From the sequence record PZ445429.1: DNA of 64,000 nt; one strand, 5' to 3'. Every line of letters begins with the position of its first letter. Position 1 is the stretch's first letter. The notes beneath the pieces are model-generated. The model worked only from the letters and a program-made list of their open reading frames with translations, was not told where the DNA came from and searched no databases. Below are positions 53,313-63,220 of this stretch, piece after piece. Origin of the DNA: a phage. The translations under genes and the position numbers were made by a program.

Positions 53313-53724
53313 TTTAGACCCTAGAATTAAACATGCAGTTGAAGAAATCCAAGATCAAATCGATGAGGATTTCACTGTTTGGTCAAGATTTGGTAATGGT
53401 GAAGGTTGTCAGCTTTATAGCATGAAAATGGGTATCTCGATTGAACTTAGTATCAATCCCGAGGGTAACGTAGAAGCCCAACCCATGTTCAGTGTTCCAG
53501 GCTTCTCTGGATTTGTTATGGGCATGAAACTATGTCTACCAAATAAACATCTTTACCGTGTTATCTGTCAGCTAGAAACAATTAAACATTTCTTGCCAGA
53601 AGATAACATTAATGACTACTATCATGAAGTTGTAGCAGCTTACATGATGAAAGAACGCAAACGTCGGAGAGCAGAACGTGAAAGAGCTAAATCTCAACAG
53701 TCTAGTACAGATTCCAGCAACTGA
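53305..53724 (+). CDS. hypothetical protein
   Basis: ATG 53305 overlapping previous stop (ATGAGTAA). Confidence 0.45.
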   Translation: MSNLDPRIKHAVEEIQDQIDEDFTVWSRFGNGEGCQLYSMKMGISIELSINPEGNVEAQPMFSVPGFSGFVMGMKLCLPNKHLYRVICQLETIKHFLPEDNINDYYHEVVAAYMMKERKRRRAERERAKSQQSSTDSSN

Positions 53725-53970
53725 TGCTGTACTAGACTTCCTCAAGCAGGAACATATTAAGTTCTGGACTAACTATGCAGAACAGTACGAAGAAACTTCT
53801 AGTGCAATAACATTCGCGGATAAACGAATAGCTGAGTATACAGATCCTAGAGTTAAAAATGGTATGATTACCTTACCACTTTGGGATGTAATGGAAAAGT
53901 TTGGTAAAGATTTGTGCCCAGGTTGTATACCATTGTTTGTTACTATTCTAATTGACGAAAAGGATCTTAA

Positions 53971-54255
53971 ATGATTATCTCTCCATTTGCTTTGTGGTTT
54001 GTTATTGGTGCAGTTGTCGCGATTTACAGTCTGATTGATGATCTGTATATCTCTAAAAATAAAGATGTTATTCTTTATGTTATAAACAAATATCGTCCGC
54101 CAGAATTAGCAGAATTTGACGATGAAAAGATGTTCAAATTCATTATGTCAGGTATGCTTATTATGGACACCTTATTCGGGCCAGTAGCTACTTATTTCTT
54201 CTTCCGTAAAACTCGTAAGATGAAAAAGTTCCGTGCTGAAATGCAGAGCAAGTAA
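53971..54255 (+). CDS. small membrane protein
   Basis: 94 aa, two hydrophobic segments. Confidence 0.45.
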   Translation: MIISPFALWFVIGAVVAIYSLIDDLYISKNKDVILYVINKYRPPELAEFDDEKMFKFIMSGMLIMDTLFGPVATYFFFRKTRKMKKFRAEMQSK

Positions 54256-54371
54256 AGAACTCGCGTAGGACCGAGTTGCGTCACCTGCAACTGTTACGGA
54301 TAAGGGAGTCGTGCCCCTTAGTGCGGTAAGTGGTGAGTTGGTCGCTGACCTCAACTTTAACTGGAGATATC

Positions 54372-54719
54372 ATGAGCTTTATTTTATTCATTGTAGCAGC
54401 ATGGTTTATTATTGGTTTAGGCTATGCTATTGCAGTTATTCGTCATCTGGATGAATATTCTGCTGAATGGTTTATTAAGTACCTACGTTTAGACGATCAA
54501 GAACACGAGTTCGACAGTGCTGAGGAAAGACAGGCTGTCCAGTCAATGACTCCCAAAGAATGCTTGCTTTACATGCGTGTAATTGGTTTCTTTGGACTGT
54601 TGGTAGCGGGGCCGCTAGGTCTTACTATTGCTCCCTACAAAGAAGTTGTTGACGACATTAAACTATGGAGAACCGCTGGATCGCTACGTCGTGCTAGAGA
54701 ATTAAGTAAACAAGAGTGA
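54372..54719 (+). CDS. small membrane protein
   Basis: ATG 54372 after GGAGAT; terminator downstream. Confidence 0.45.
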   Translation: MSFILFIVAAWFIIGLGYAIAVIRHLDEYSAEWFIKYLRLDDQEHEFDSAEERQAVQSMTPKECLLYMRVIGFFGLLVAGPLGLTIAPYKEVVDDIKLWRTAGSLRRARELSKQE

Positions 54720-54755
54720 TGATAATCACCTCCTAGCAAGAATAATAATGACAAA

Positions 54756-54789
54756 GCCCAGCCTGCAATTTTGCGACTGGGCTATTTTT
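54756..54789 (+). terminator. rho-independent terminator
   Basis: GCCCAG...CTGGGC plus ATTTTT. Confidence 0.7.
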
Positions 54790-54804
54790 GTAATAAAATT
54801 TCAG

Positions 54805-54833
54805 TTGCTCAGATGCCACAAGTATTGTATAAT
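54805..54833 (+). promoter_or_regulatory. sigma70-like promoter
   Basis: TTGCTC, 17 bp, TATAAT. Confidence 0.6.
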
Positions 54834-54864
54834 ATGTTTATAGATTGAGGCAAAAGGATAATTT

Positions 54865-55563
54865 ATGAGAATCATTTCAAAGTTCAATGATGTATACGAT
54901 TTGCAGAATAGTTTATTTGATCCAGATCGTGTCTGGGAGCGTAAAACTGAAGAGCTGCTGGTAAAAGTAACTGACGATGTAGAAAAGAATATCGTTCATA
55001 ATCGTCAGGTGTTTCGTGAGGGTTCCTTATCCTTCCGTGGTGATTTCGAATACTCAGTAAATCCGCTATTTATTGCAGGTGAAGTTTACTGGTTACATGA
55101 GCTGTCCTGCTGGCATCCGGCATTCAGTTTCAAAACGTTCAACATCGATGCTGTATTTGATAAAATGGAAGAAATGGGATTACATGCCCGTTCTTACTTA
55201 CTAGATAAGAATCGTGGTGATGTTCGTGAAACCATGCGAGATATGTTGGTTGAAGCAAAACCTAAAGCAGAACGTATCTTATCTGAACTGCGCGTACCAA
55301 TTGCGTATGTGAAAGGTATTAAGAAGAACGATAACGATGATGTTCGTAACTTCGTAATTCAGACAAACATTCGTTTCCACCAGTCAGATATTCCGTGGCA
55401 GGAAATTGAAAGTAACTTATACCGTTTACACCAAGTTCTCGAACAGTATATCTTCGGTGTATTAGGAACTGGTGAGCCTGATATGATTACCGTATCAGAT
55501 AAAGACAGGTTAGCAGCACATGGATTTGATACAAAAACTTCTTTCAGGAATATGGCAAGGTAA
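54865..55563 (+). CDS. hypothetical protein
   Basis: 232-aa ORF after promoter and RBS AAAAGGATAAT. Confidence 0.5.
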   Translation: MRIISKFNDVYDLQNSLFDPDRVWERKTEELLVKVTDDVEKNIVHNRQVFREGSLSFRGDFEYSVNPLFIAGEVYWLHELSCWHPAFSFKTFNIDAVFDKMEEMGLHARSYLLDKNRGDVRETMRDMLVEAKPKAERILSELRVPIAYVKGIKKNDNDDVRNFVIQTNIRFHQSDIPWQEIESNLYRLHQVLEQYIFGVLGTGEPDMITVSDKDRLAAHGFDTKTSFRNMAR

Positions 55564-55969
55564 GTGGTATATCCTGGGAGCTGGTCTTGCGATAGGTATC
55601 GGATTCGGTGCTTATCATTTAGTAAATAAGGTTGAAACTTTAGCGGGAGATCTTGCAGTTGCGACTAAAAAGATCTCCACTCTAGAGACTTCTCTTAATA
55701 AAGTGAAAACTGAGAGTGAACTTCGTGAGACTCGAATGAATCAGTATTTCACAATGAATAATGTTTCGCAAGCAGATCTAGACAAAAAGATTAAGCAGTT
55801 AGATAAAGCTCTTAGTCGTCAAGATGTTATCGCTGCAAAGCCTGGATTGGTAACATTAATTGCTAAAAAGCAGAATAAAGAGTTCGAGGAAAGATTAGCA
55901 TGTTTAACTGGAAACTTGGAGTACTGCTCGCAGCCGCAATCACAATCACAGGCTGTGCAGAAGAAATAA
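55520..55969 (+). CDS. inner-membrane spanin-like protein (TM plus coiled coil)
   Basis: 149 aa; N-terminal TM WYILGAGLAIGIGFGAY; 3' end overlaps next lipoprotein ORF. Confidence 0.4.
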   Translation: MDLIQKLLSGIWQGKWYILGAGLAIGIGFGAYHLVNKVETLAGDLAVATKKISTLETSLNKVKTESELRETRMNQYFTMNNVSQADLDKKIKQLDKALSRQDVIAAKPGLVTLIAKKQNKEFEERLACLTGNLEYCSQPQSQSQAVQKK

Positions 55970-56253
55970 AACCAGAGCCATCTCATGAGTTAAAGCAAGC
56001 TCATGTTGACTGGCCTAAAGGACTTCAGCCGTGTAGCTTTGATTTCAAATTCGAAAAGAAATTAGCTACAAATGGTGAAGATGGCGTAGTAGTTGTTGTA
56101 CCTTACAAAGATTGGAATGCAAAAGCAAAATGCGAGGAAGCAGTTTACTCTTACATTTCACGACTGACCGGTATGGTTTGCTTCTATCGTCAAGATTTAC
56201 AAGAAAAACGTTGCTTAGTTTACTATCCACCCATTACAAATAGGAAAGATTAA
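55900..56253 (+). CDS. outer-membrane spanin-like lipoprotein
   Basis: 117 aa; lipobox LLAAAITITGC; start embedded in preceding ORF. Confidence 0.45.
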   Translation: MFNWKLGVLLAAAITITGCAEEIKPEPSHELKQAHVDWPKGLQPCSFDFKFEKKLATNGEDGVVVVVPYKDWNAKAKCEEAVYSYISRLTGMVCFYRQDLQEKRCLVYYPPITNRKD

Positions 56254-57005
56254 TGTCAGTATTAGTCGGTTTACATGGTGAGGCTGGTGCGGGAAAAGAT
56301 ACCGTTGCAGAATTAATGATTGACTGGTGTAATGACACGTTCCCAACGTGTTTATCCCGTCGTTACAGTTTTGCTAAACCCGTTTACGAACTTGCATCCG
56401 TAATCCTCGGGGTAACTCCAGAGTTTCTGGGAGAGCGCAGGGGAAAAGAGATTGACCAATGGTTTACGGTCACACAATCTCAATTGGAGCGAGCTAGAGA
56501 CGTATGGTTTAAGTATGGTATCGATAAGTTTGAGGACTTCTCGTACGTTTGGCCGATTTTTGAAGGAAAATACCTTGATCCTCAGCAGTTAATTGGGCAA
56601 GCTGATGATGCGCTGTATAGCGTGTTTATCTCCCCAAGAAAAATGCTACAGCTTGTAGGTACTGAGTTAGGAAGGCAGCTGGTGCATGAACGCATTTGGC
56701 TCATAATTCTGGAGCAATCCATCGATAAAGACGACCCAGACGTCGCAATCGTTACCGATGTGCGTTTCCCCAATGAGGGAGAGCTAATCATGGAAACCAA
56801 TACTCTAGATATGGATTCCATGCTTATTAAGGTTGAATCTGGTATTACTAATAAGTATCGCATCGAGACAGATCATCCGTCTGAAAGCGGTATTCCTGAA
56901 AAATACATTTCTCATAAATTTGAGAATACCTTCAACGGACTTGATGCACTTCGTACCGATGTGTACCACTTCTGTGACTTAGAGCTAGAACCACTAGTTG
57001 GATAA
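56253..57005 (+). CDS. deoxynucleoside monophosphate kinase-like P-loop protein
   Basis: 250 aa; P-loop GLHGEAGAGKDT. Confidence 0.55.
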   Translation: MSVLVGLHGEAGAGKDTVAELMIDWCNDTFPTCLSRRYSFAKPVYELASVILGVTPEFLGERRGKEIDQWFTVTQSQLERARDVWFKYGIDKFEDFSYVWPIFEGKYLDPQQLIGQADDALYSVFISPRKMLQLVGTELGRQLVHERIWLIILEQSIDKDDPDVAIVTDVRFPNEGELIMETNTLDMDSMLIKVESGITNKYRIETDHPSESGIPEKYISHKFENTFNGLDALRTDVYHFCDLELEPLVG

Positions 57006-57017
57006 TTAAGGATCACT

Positions 57018-57617
57018 ATGACTAATAAGAAAGAAGAAAAGACTAACCTGTTTCACACTGTTCGCCAATCTAACGAATATACCTTTTTCTTTGATGAAGA
57101 ATTAGGCTCACCGGATGAGTATCGTGACCTATCCATGATACTGATGCAGGCTGGTGAAGATGATGAAATTAATCTGATGATTAATGGGCCTGGTGGTTAC
57201 GTTGATACTGCTGCACAACTATCTAACTTAATCGCTAACTGTCGTGGAACGGTTATTGGACACCTGCTCGGTCCTAGTGCTTCTGCTTACTGCACAATCT
57301 TCCTGTCTTGCCACGGTTGGGTTGTACATCCACATGCTACGCTTATGGGGCATACGTTCTCTGGCGGATTCTGTGAGAAAGGTCAAGAAATCAAGAAAGC
57401 CTATGAATCTTACAACCAGTTTGTAGAAGATATGATGCTAGATGTTTACTTCCCGTTCTTCTCTATTGACGAGATCGAGGACATGGTAAAAGAGAATAAG
57501 AATATCTACCTCAACAGCAAAGAAATCAATAAGCGTATTGAAATTTTGGCGAATTATCGCAAAGAGCAATATAGTAAAGCTCAAGCTCCGCATCCAGAAG
57601 AACATGGAGAAGTGTAA
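57018..57617 (+). CDS. ClpP-like serine protease
   Basis: 199 aa; INGPGGYV, GPSASAYC, VVHPH align with ClpP motifs; terminator downstream. Confidence 0.5.
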   Translation: MTNKKEEKTNLFHTVRQSNEYTFFFDEELGSPDEYRDLSMILMQAGEDDEINLMINGPGGYVDTAAQLSNLIANCRGTVIGHLLGPSASAYCTIFLSCHGWVVHPHATLMGHTFSGGFCEKGQEIKKAYESYNQFVEDMMLDVYFPFFSIDEIEDMVKENKNIYLNSKEINKRIEILANYRKEQYSKAQAPHPEEHGEV

Positions 57618-57627
57618 GTAGTTTTAA

Positions 57628-57658
57628 GCCAGAGTTTAACGACTCTGGCTTTTCTTTT
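57628..57658 (+). terminator. rho-independent terminator after ClpP-like gene
   Basis: GCCAGAG...CTCTGGC plus TTTTCTTTT. Confidence 0.75.
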
Positions 57659-57720
57659 GCCTAAAATTCTTCTTGACAACGACAAAAAATTGTGCTCCAG
57701 AAGTGATCTTTAAAAACACA

Positions 57721-57749
57721 TTGTAATTTTCCTCTAGAATTAGTATAAT
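57721..57749 (+). promoter_or_regulatory. sigma70-like promoter upstream of holin/endolysin pair
   Basis: TTGTAA, 17 bp, TATAAT; TTGACA also at 57673. Confidence 0.5.
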
Positions 57750-57773
57750 GGTAATGGTTAGAGGAGGTTACAA

Positions 57774-58430
57774 GTGGAAAAGTTTCTACAACTATTAACG
57801 GTACTGCTCCAAGAAGCGAAAGATCCAGCTTCGCTACTAAAACGTCTGCTAACTATCTTAGTTGCTGTCATTATTTTCTTGTTTGTAAGTAACACTAGCG
57901 AGGTGATGTCATTTTTAAAGACTTTCTCCACGTCTGCGGTTTTACAGGATGTTCAAACCCAAAGGATAGATAACTTTCCTAATGTAGCACGAGAAAAGAG
58001 CATGGTTCTTTTCTCTCAGACGGGTGCGGATGCTGTTTTTGTAGTCAAGTATAAACCCGATGCTATAAACGATTATTCGAACATTATTGCATGGGAAAGC
58101 AATGCGCAATTGGATAGGGCTGACTTGGCCGATAAAGCAGTAAACAAGACGTCTGAACTTTATAGACGTCACCTGGAAGGCTTTAACTATGCTTCGGATT
58201 TAAGTGTAAAAGTAAATAAATATATGGGGTCAAATATACCCGCGTTTAAGAACGTTACTTTTAATTACGTCTACACTTGTCCGTATTTCAACCTAAATAA
58301 TATCTATGCTGGATACATAGGTATTGCCTGGAAGGATAAACCCGTAGATACAGCTGACTCGGAACAATTTAATGAGTACTTAACAAAGCTTTGCTCACCG
58401 CAGCAAAGATCATTAGGTAGATCTATATGA
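57774..58430 (+). CDS. putative holin / membrane lysis protein
   Basis: GTG start after GAGGAGG; TM LLTILVAVIIFLFV; immediately upstream of endolysin. Confidence 0.4.
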   Translation: MEKFLQLLTVLLQEAKDPASLLKRLLTILVAVIIFLFVSNTSEVMSFLKTFSTSAVLQDVQTQRIDNFPNVAREKSMVLFSQTGADAVFVVKYKPDAINDYSNIIAWESNAQLDRADLADKAVNKTSELYRRHLEGFNYASDLSVKVNKYMGSNIPAFKNVTFNYVYTCPYFNLNNIYAGYIGIAWKDKPVDTADSEQFNEYLTKLCSPQQRSLGRSI

Positions 58431-58840
58431 GTTTTAAATTTGGTAAAAATAGCGAAAAACAATTAGCAACTGTTAAGCCCGAGCTACAGAAGGTAGCTCG
58501 TAGGGCTTTAGAATTATCTCCATATGATTTCACAATCGTACAGGGTATTCGTACAGTAGCACAAAGTGCCCAAAACATTGCTAATGGTACTTCATTTTTG
58601 AAAGACCCTAGCAAGAGTAAGCATGTAACTGGAGACGCTATCGATTTTGCACCATATATTAATGGAAAGATTGATTGGAAAGATCTGGAAGCATTTTGGG
58701 CTGTTAAGAAGGCTTTTGAACAAGCCGGTAAGGAACTTGGTGTCAAACTTCGTTTTGGTGCCGACTGGAATAGTTCTGGTGATTATCATGATGAGATCGA
58801 TCGTGGTACTTACGACGGTGGTCACGTAGAATTAGTCTGA
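58427..58840 (+). CDS. endolysin, L-alanyl-D-glutamate peptidase-like
   Basis: 137 aa; recognised by resemblance to the T5 endolysin; sits in a holin-endolysin pair; terminator downstream. Confidence 0.65.
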   Translation: MSFKFGKNSEKQLATVKPELQKVARRALELSPYDFTIVQGIRTVAQSAQNIANGTSFLKDPSKSKHVTGDAIDFAPYINGKIDWKDLEAFWAVKKAFEQAGKELGVKLRFGADWNSSGDYHDEIDRGTYDGGHVELV

Positions 58841-58851
58841 TAATAAATCAA

Positions 58852-58873
58852 GGCGGGGTAATTCCCGCCTTTT
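58852..58873 (+). terminator. rho-independent terminator after endolysin
   Basis: GGCGGG-GTAATT-CCCGCC plus TTTT. Confidence 0.7.
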
Positions 58874-58915
58874 AAAGCAAAGGGGGCTTTAAAAACTTAA
58901 TGATAGGAGAAAGCC

Positions 58916-59332
58916 ATGTTTGCAGAACTATTCACCATGATATTACTAGGAATATGGAAAATAAGCCTAGTAATTTTCATCTTAATGATAATTCTCACTG
59001 TTGTCACACTAGTTACCCAAAATGATACATTAAAGAAAGTCGTTCATGGGCTAGAGTATATAATTATGGGCACATTCGGCGTTTGCAAATGCAACTGCCA
59101 GAGGAATACGAAATATTGTTGGCTTTGGATGGAGTTAGAGAACTGCATCACAGTAGCCCTGGCTGTCTCATTCGGTATGATTCTTATGGCCCTAACTCTA
59201 GCATTGATACCACTAATGTTAGCTGGGGGAGTCACGGCTTATTTCACCCTTTTCTCCCCTATACTTATGTATTCAATATATCCAATAACTATGTACTTAG
59301 TTAGGAAGAGATTCCCACATCAAGCACACTAA
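58916..59332 (+). CDS. integral membrane protein
   Basis: 138 aa, 3-4 hydrophobic helices. Confidence 0.45.
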   Translation: MFAELFTMILLGIWKISLVIFILMIILTVVTLVTQNDTLKKVVHGLEYIIMGTFGVCKCNCQRNTKYCWLWMELENCITVALAVSFGMILMALTLALIPLMLAGGVTAYFTLFSPILMYSIYPITMYLVRKRFPHQAH

Positions 59333-59345
59333 TATAAAAAAGTAG

Positions 59346-59374
59346 TTGACTTTCCGCTGAAATTTTTATATAAT
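59346..59374 (+). promoter_or_regulatory. N25-type early promoter
   Basis: TTGACT, 17 bp, TATAAT then TATAAATTGAATCAGAGGAG. Confidence 0.7.
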
Positions 59375-59407
59375 ATTTGTATAAATTGAATCAGAGGAGT
59401 TTCACAA

Positions 59408-59818
59408 ATGTCAGATCGTTACTATACTCAGATGGCTAACCATTACAATATGGCTCCGTATGAATTGAACATCGCATTACGTGACCTCGATTCACCAGAG
59501 CGTGCAAAACTTGAGAAAAAGGCGGGAATTCGTATGTCTAGCAAGGGCAAGAAACTTACTCGTATTGACTTAAATACCATGCTAATGGAAGAGCTTGGCG
59601 TGAATATTGAAGGTCAGAAGTTGCCTCTCAATGTTCTTGAAACGATGCTGGATAAAGTCAAAAAGAAAACCTATAAGAAAGTACAAGTACCGGAAGGCAG
59701 GCTAAAAGCCCCTTATCAGGCTGCTGTATCTGAGTGCTTAGGTGCTACCTTAGATCTTAGCACTGCAACTGTTAAAGTGATGAAGGCATTTTTGGAGGCC
59801 ATTAATAAACATGAGTAA
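59408..59818 (+). CDS. hypothetical protein
   Basis: 136-aa ORF after promoter and RBS AGAGGAG. Confidence 0.5.
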   Translation: MSDRYYTQMANHYNMAPYELNIALRDLDSPERAKLEKKAGIRMSSKGKKLTRIDLNTMLMEELGVNIEGQKLPLNVLETMLDKVKKKTYKKVQVPEGRLKAPYQAAVSECLGATLDLSTATVKVMKAFLEAINKHE

Positions 59819-60101
59819 ATTAGTATATCTATTAAAGGGATCTACCTGCAATCCGTGCAAAATGTTCGAGCCTGTATTCGATAAAGTAGTACAGGACTAC
59901 AGTCTAGAAGTTCATAAAGAGACTGATAACACAGAACTTATGCAGAAATTTGGCGTTCGTCAGGTTCCTGTAGTAGTTCTAGCAGATCGTCTCCCTAATG
60001 GTCGTGTGGAAGCCAACCACATTCTGATTGGTCGTCAGCTTCGTAAAGAAACTATGCACGATGCAATCAAAAACTTCCTGGAAGATAATCCAGAAGATTA
60101 A
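59811..60101 (+). CDS. thioredoxin/glutaredoxin-like protein
   Basis: 96 aa; CNPC active-site-like motif in thioredoxin context. Confidence 0.55.
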   Translation: MSKLVYLLKGSTCNPCKMFEPVFDKVVQDYSLEVHKETDNTELMQKFGVRQVPVVVLADRLPNGRVEANHILIGRQLRKETMHDAIKNFLEDNPED

Positions 60102-60108
60102 TAAATCC

Positions 60109-60138
60109 AACCCAGATCTTAGCTGATCTGGGTTTTTA
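60109..60138 (+). terminator. rho-independent terminator
   Basis: AACCCAGATC...GATCTGGGTT plus TTTTT. Confidence 0.75.
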
Positions 60139-60142
60139 TTAC

Positions 60143-60171
60143 TTGCTTTCTGCTAAAAATTTTGATATAAT
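60143..60171 (+). promoter_or_regulatory. N25-type early promoter
   Basis: TTGCTT, 17 bp, TATAAT then TATAAATTGATGAGAGGAG. Confidence 0.7.
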
Positions 60172-60202
60172 ATATGTATAAATTGATGAGAGGAGTATCA
60201 CA

Positions 60203-60583
60203 TTGAATTACGCATATCTTATAATACATAACAACGTGGTCTGTGGTACTCGAGCTGTAGAGATGGGAATCACAGAAGAAAAGTATAACTCTTTGTCTAA
60301 ATCGGAGCAAGAATACTATGTTGAACAGGCTGCTTGGGAATATGCTGAGGCTTATCCCGAAGAACGTGAAGGCCGTGTTACTATTGTTGTTACTTTGGGA
60401 CTGGTGGGCTGTGATACCGAAGTTGATACAGATCTAGAAACACTTGAAGAATGGGAAGAATTGGATATTGCAGAACAAAATGCTATCATCCGTCAATCTT
60501 TCTGGGAAGCAGTAGACTGTCACGTTGTCTTTGAGCCAAATGATACAGAAGCTGAAAAACACACTAATTGGATGACTCGATAA
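60203..60583 (+). CDS. hypothetical acidic protein
   Basis: TTG start after GAGAGGAG. Confidence 0.45.
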   Translation: MNYAYLIIHNNVVCGTRAVEMGITEEKYNSLSKSEQEYYVEQAAWEYAEAYPEEREGRVTIVVTLGLVGCDTEVDTDLETLEEWEELDIAEQNAIIRQSFWEAVDCHVVFEPNDTEAEKHTNWMTR

Positions 60584-61446
60584 TGAAAAAAGAATTTAAC
60601 CTGCACGAAATGTTAGTAGTACCAGACGATGTTAACCTGTTCTTCGTAGGAGATATTCACGGCTGTAATGATATGCTGGAAGGTGCTCTTAAACTAGCAG
60701 GATATAAAGAAAAGCGTGACTATGTTGTCTGTGTTGGCGACTTAATTGACCGTGGCCCGCAGAACTTACAGGTTCTAGCCAAATTCTTATATAACCCACG
60801 CTTCCGCAGCGTTCGTGGCAACCATGATCAGTTTATGATTGCTGGTGACTACGCCAACTGGATGTATAATGGTGGAATGTGGGCAATGAATGATCTAGAT
60901 ACCGATACAATTAAAGGTATCGCAGAAGATATGGCAGTTAAAATGCCAGTATTCATGACTGTACTCCATCGTGGCAAGAAATATGGTGTTGTTCATGGTG
61001 GAATACCATTCCGATATAAAGATGCGGGATTAGATGTACATACACCTAATTGGGACGATATTATTGATCATATCGCTGCAAGTGAAAATGATCCTAATGA
61101 TCATCCTAGTTATTACATTGAGCCATATCTATGGGATCGTGATGTAATTCAGGAAATTGGTTTTCATCTGTCTAAGCAAGGTGCAGAGCACCCCTATTTC
61201 CAGCGTTATGCAGGATTTAAAGATGAACTGACTGTGGAAGTGCCAGAAGTTGAAAGTGTAGATTTCGTATTCCATGGTCACACTGGTGTTCCTTACCCAA
61301 TTCTGTACAAGAACCGTGTTTATCTCGATACTGGCGGTGTTTTCAACGGGCAGTTGACGGTTGCGCAACTTAATGATGAAGCCGGTAAAATCATGACATT
61401 TACCACAGATAAAAATGATAGCTGTGGTATACAGAGGATTCTATAA
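60568..61446 (+). CDS. Ser/Thr protein phosphatase (calcineurin-like metallophosphoesterase)
   Basis: 292 aa; GDIHGC, GDLIDRGP, RGNHD, HGH motifs. Confidence 0.7.
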   Translation: MDDSIMKKEFNLHEMLVVPDDVNLFFVGDIHGCNDMLEGALKLAGYKEKRDYVVCVGDLIDRGPQNLQVLAKFLYNPRFRSVRGNHDQFMIAGDYANWMYNGGMWAMNDLDTDTIKGIAEDMAVKMPVFMTVLHRGKKYGVVHGGIPFRYKDAGLDVHTPNWDDIIDHIAASENDPNDHPSYYIEPYLWDRDVIQEIGFHLSKQGAEHPYFQRYAGFKDELTVEVPEVESVDFVFHGHTGVPYPILYKNRVYLDTGGVFNGQLTVAQLNDEAGKIMTFTTDKNDSCGIQRIL

Positions 61447-61814
61447 TGGAACGTGAAGAACGTTATGTAGTTATAAAGCTATCTGATATTGAGAAAGCCA
61501 TAGAATTAGGGCATATCACTCAAAGTAACTTTACTACTTTGGAGCATATCTTGTCCAAACTATGGTATAGTCGAGCACAACGTGGTAAAGAGGATCTTAA
61601 AACAGTCGTAGTAGAGCATGATTGGCCAGAGTACGAAGAAGTCTGGAAGATGCTAGAGAATCGTGTTGAATTTGAACAAGCACGACAGGAAGAGATTGAC
61701 AAAGGCTACCAAGAAGCGAAAGAGCACCATGAGGTTTATGATGAAATATTCAAACTTCGTGGTATTAGTAGTTATTATCAGGGTTGGAATAAATATGCGG
61801 AGGAAGTTCTGTAA
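61446..61814 (+). CDS. hypothetical protein
   Basis: 122-aa ORF. Confidence 0.45.
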   Translation: MEREERYVVIKLSDIEKAIELGHITQSNFTTLEHILSKLWYSRAQRGKEDLKTVVVEHDWPEYEEVWKMLENRVEFEQARQEEIDKGYQEAKEHHEVYDEIFKLRGISSYYQGWNKYAEEVL

Positions 61815-62020
61815 TGAAGAGATTACTACTATTATCAGTACTAATACTAGCTGGATGTGATTCCTACGACGATAATGTGAGATTTACTGCAGAAGATACA
61901 AAACACTTATGTGATGTAGCTGGAGGTGAGCTAGATTATTCCAGTATTCAAATTGGACTCACAAAAGGTATATTCTACGATAGTTATACTATTACATCCA
62001 CATGTGTAAGGAATAAATAA
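61814..62020 (+). CDS. small lipoprotein
   Basis: 68 aa; lipobox ILAGC; signal peptide resembles the 46235 lipoprotein. Confidence 0.5.
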   Translation: MKRLLLLSVLILAGCDSYDDNVRFTAEDTKHLCDVAGGELDYSSIQIGLTKGIFYDSYTITSTCVRNK

Positions 62021-62610
62021 TGAAAGTTAAATTCTGGAGTGAACTCCACTTAGACCACCCAGGGATTCTTCGTTTTCGCCCCTGGTTTAAGAACATGAAA
62101 GAGCACGATGAGTATATCCTAGATACTTTGTCCAAGCACATTGGCAAGCGTACAAAACTTGTGCTGCTAGGAGATAGTGCCGTGGGGCGAGAAGGGTTGG
62201 CCAAGTTGAAGTCGGTTATCCACAACGTGCCTAACCAACTAATTATGGGAAACCACGATGCTGAGCGTCAGGGTCTGCATATTAAAGATCTTGTAGACGT
62301 TTATGATGATATTCAGGCTCTAGGTAAGCAAACAGGTGGTGGCAAGAAGTTTTGGCTGTCACATTGTCCATTGCACGAAGCAGAACTTCGTGGTAGGCTA
62401 AACATTCACGGACATGTGCACACTAATTCTGTGCGTGACCCACGTTATATCAACGTCTCTTTTGAGATGAGCAAGACTCCTATTCCTCTAGAGGATATTG
62501 TGTCTGGCAAATTCACAAGCTATGATAAAGTGGTTAACTGCACTACTGGTGAAGTACTCCAAATCGATGAAGATGTGGCAGCGGTATTGAGGGGAGATAT
62601 CAATGTTTGA
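62020..62610 (+). CDS. calcineurin-like metallophosphoesterase (second copy)
   Basis: 196 aa; HLDH, LGDSA, GNHD, HGHVH motifs. Confidence 0.6.
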   Translation: MKVKFWSELHLDHPGILRFRPWFKNMKEHDEYILDTLSKHIGKRTKLVLLGDSAVGREGLAKLKSVIHNVPNQLIMGNHDAERQGLHIKDLVDVYDDIQALGKQTGGGKKFWLSHCPLHEAELRGRLNIHGHVHTNSVRDPRYINVSFEMSKTPIPLEDIVSGKFTSYDKVVNCTTGEVLQIDEDVAAVLRGDINV

Positions 62611-62712
62611 TTTTGATGGCATGGCTCGTGAGATATTTATAGCAATAGGGATAGTAGTTCTTATCTCTTTCTTTATAGGCCTAGGCTTAGGCCTTTTATT
62701 TTAAAACTTCAT

Positions 62713-62741
62713 TTGCTAAAACTCTTAGTTTTCTGTATAAT
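62713..62741 (+). promoter_or_regulatory. N25-type early promoter
   Basis: TTGCTA, 17 bp, TATAAT then TATAAATTGATGAGAAGG. Confidence 0.7.
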
Positions 62742-62771
62742 TACTTTATAAATTGATGAGAAGGAATCAAA

Positions 62772-63203
62772 ATGCAAAAGATTGATAAAGCACTTTTAAT
62801 CGCAACAGCAGATAAGTTTGAGCAAGTTAAATCTACTTTTAAGGCAGTCTTTCAGTCCTATGTTCAAGACAAATCGAACCCGATTTCTGAGCGTTTGATG
62901 ATGTGGGAATGTTTTGCTTGCAATGCTCTGCTAATTTCCGATTATAAGGGAGAAGTATCTGAGGAATTGCATGAGATCTTTATTAATGAGGATACTCCAC
63001 GCTATCAGTTAGTGAACTTCCAAGATCTAGCTGAGCAAGTTATTCCTGATGATCTTTGGGACAAGTATTACGGTGATCCTGAAGAAGATGGTATGGAACC
63101 TGAGAAGTGCATCGAACTGATCTGTAAGGATCATACTGAAATTGCTGAGAAATTTGAGTTAGTATTTGCTTCTGAGTTCTCAGGTTTCGTTAACGATTGG
63201 TAA
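62772..63203 (+). CDS. hypothetical acidic protein
   Basis: 143-aa ORF after promoter and RBS GAAGGAATC. Confidence 0.5.
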   Translation: MQKIDKALLIATADKFEQVKSTFKAVFQSYVQDKSNPISERLMMWECFACNALLISDYKGEVSEELHEIFINEDTPRYQLVNFQDLAEQVIPDDLWDKYYGDPEEDGMEPEKCIELICKDHTEIAEKFELVFASEFSGFVNDW

Positions 63204-63220
63204 GTAAATAAAAAATTCAG

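Noticed and set aside
53678-53974. 98-aa GTG-start ORF overlapping the previous gene by 47 nt
   Set aside because: No ATG, no RBS, and a long overlap; could still be real, but the evidence is too weak to call a gene.
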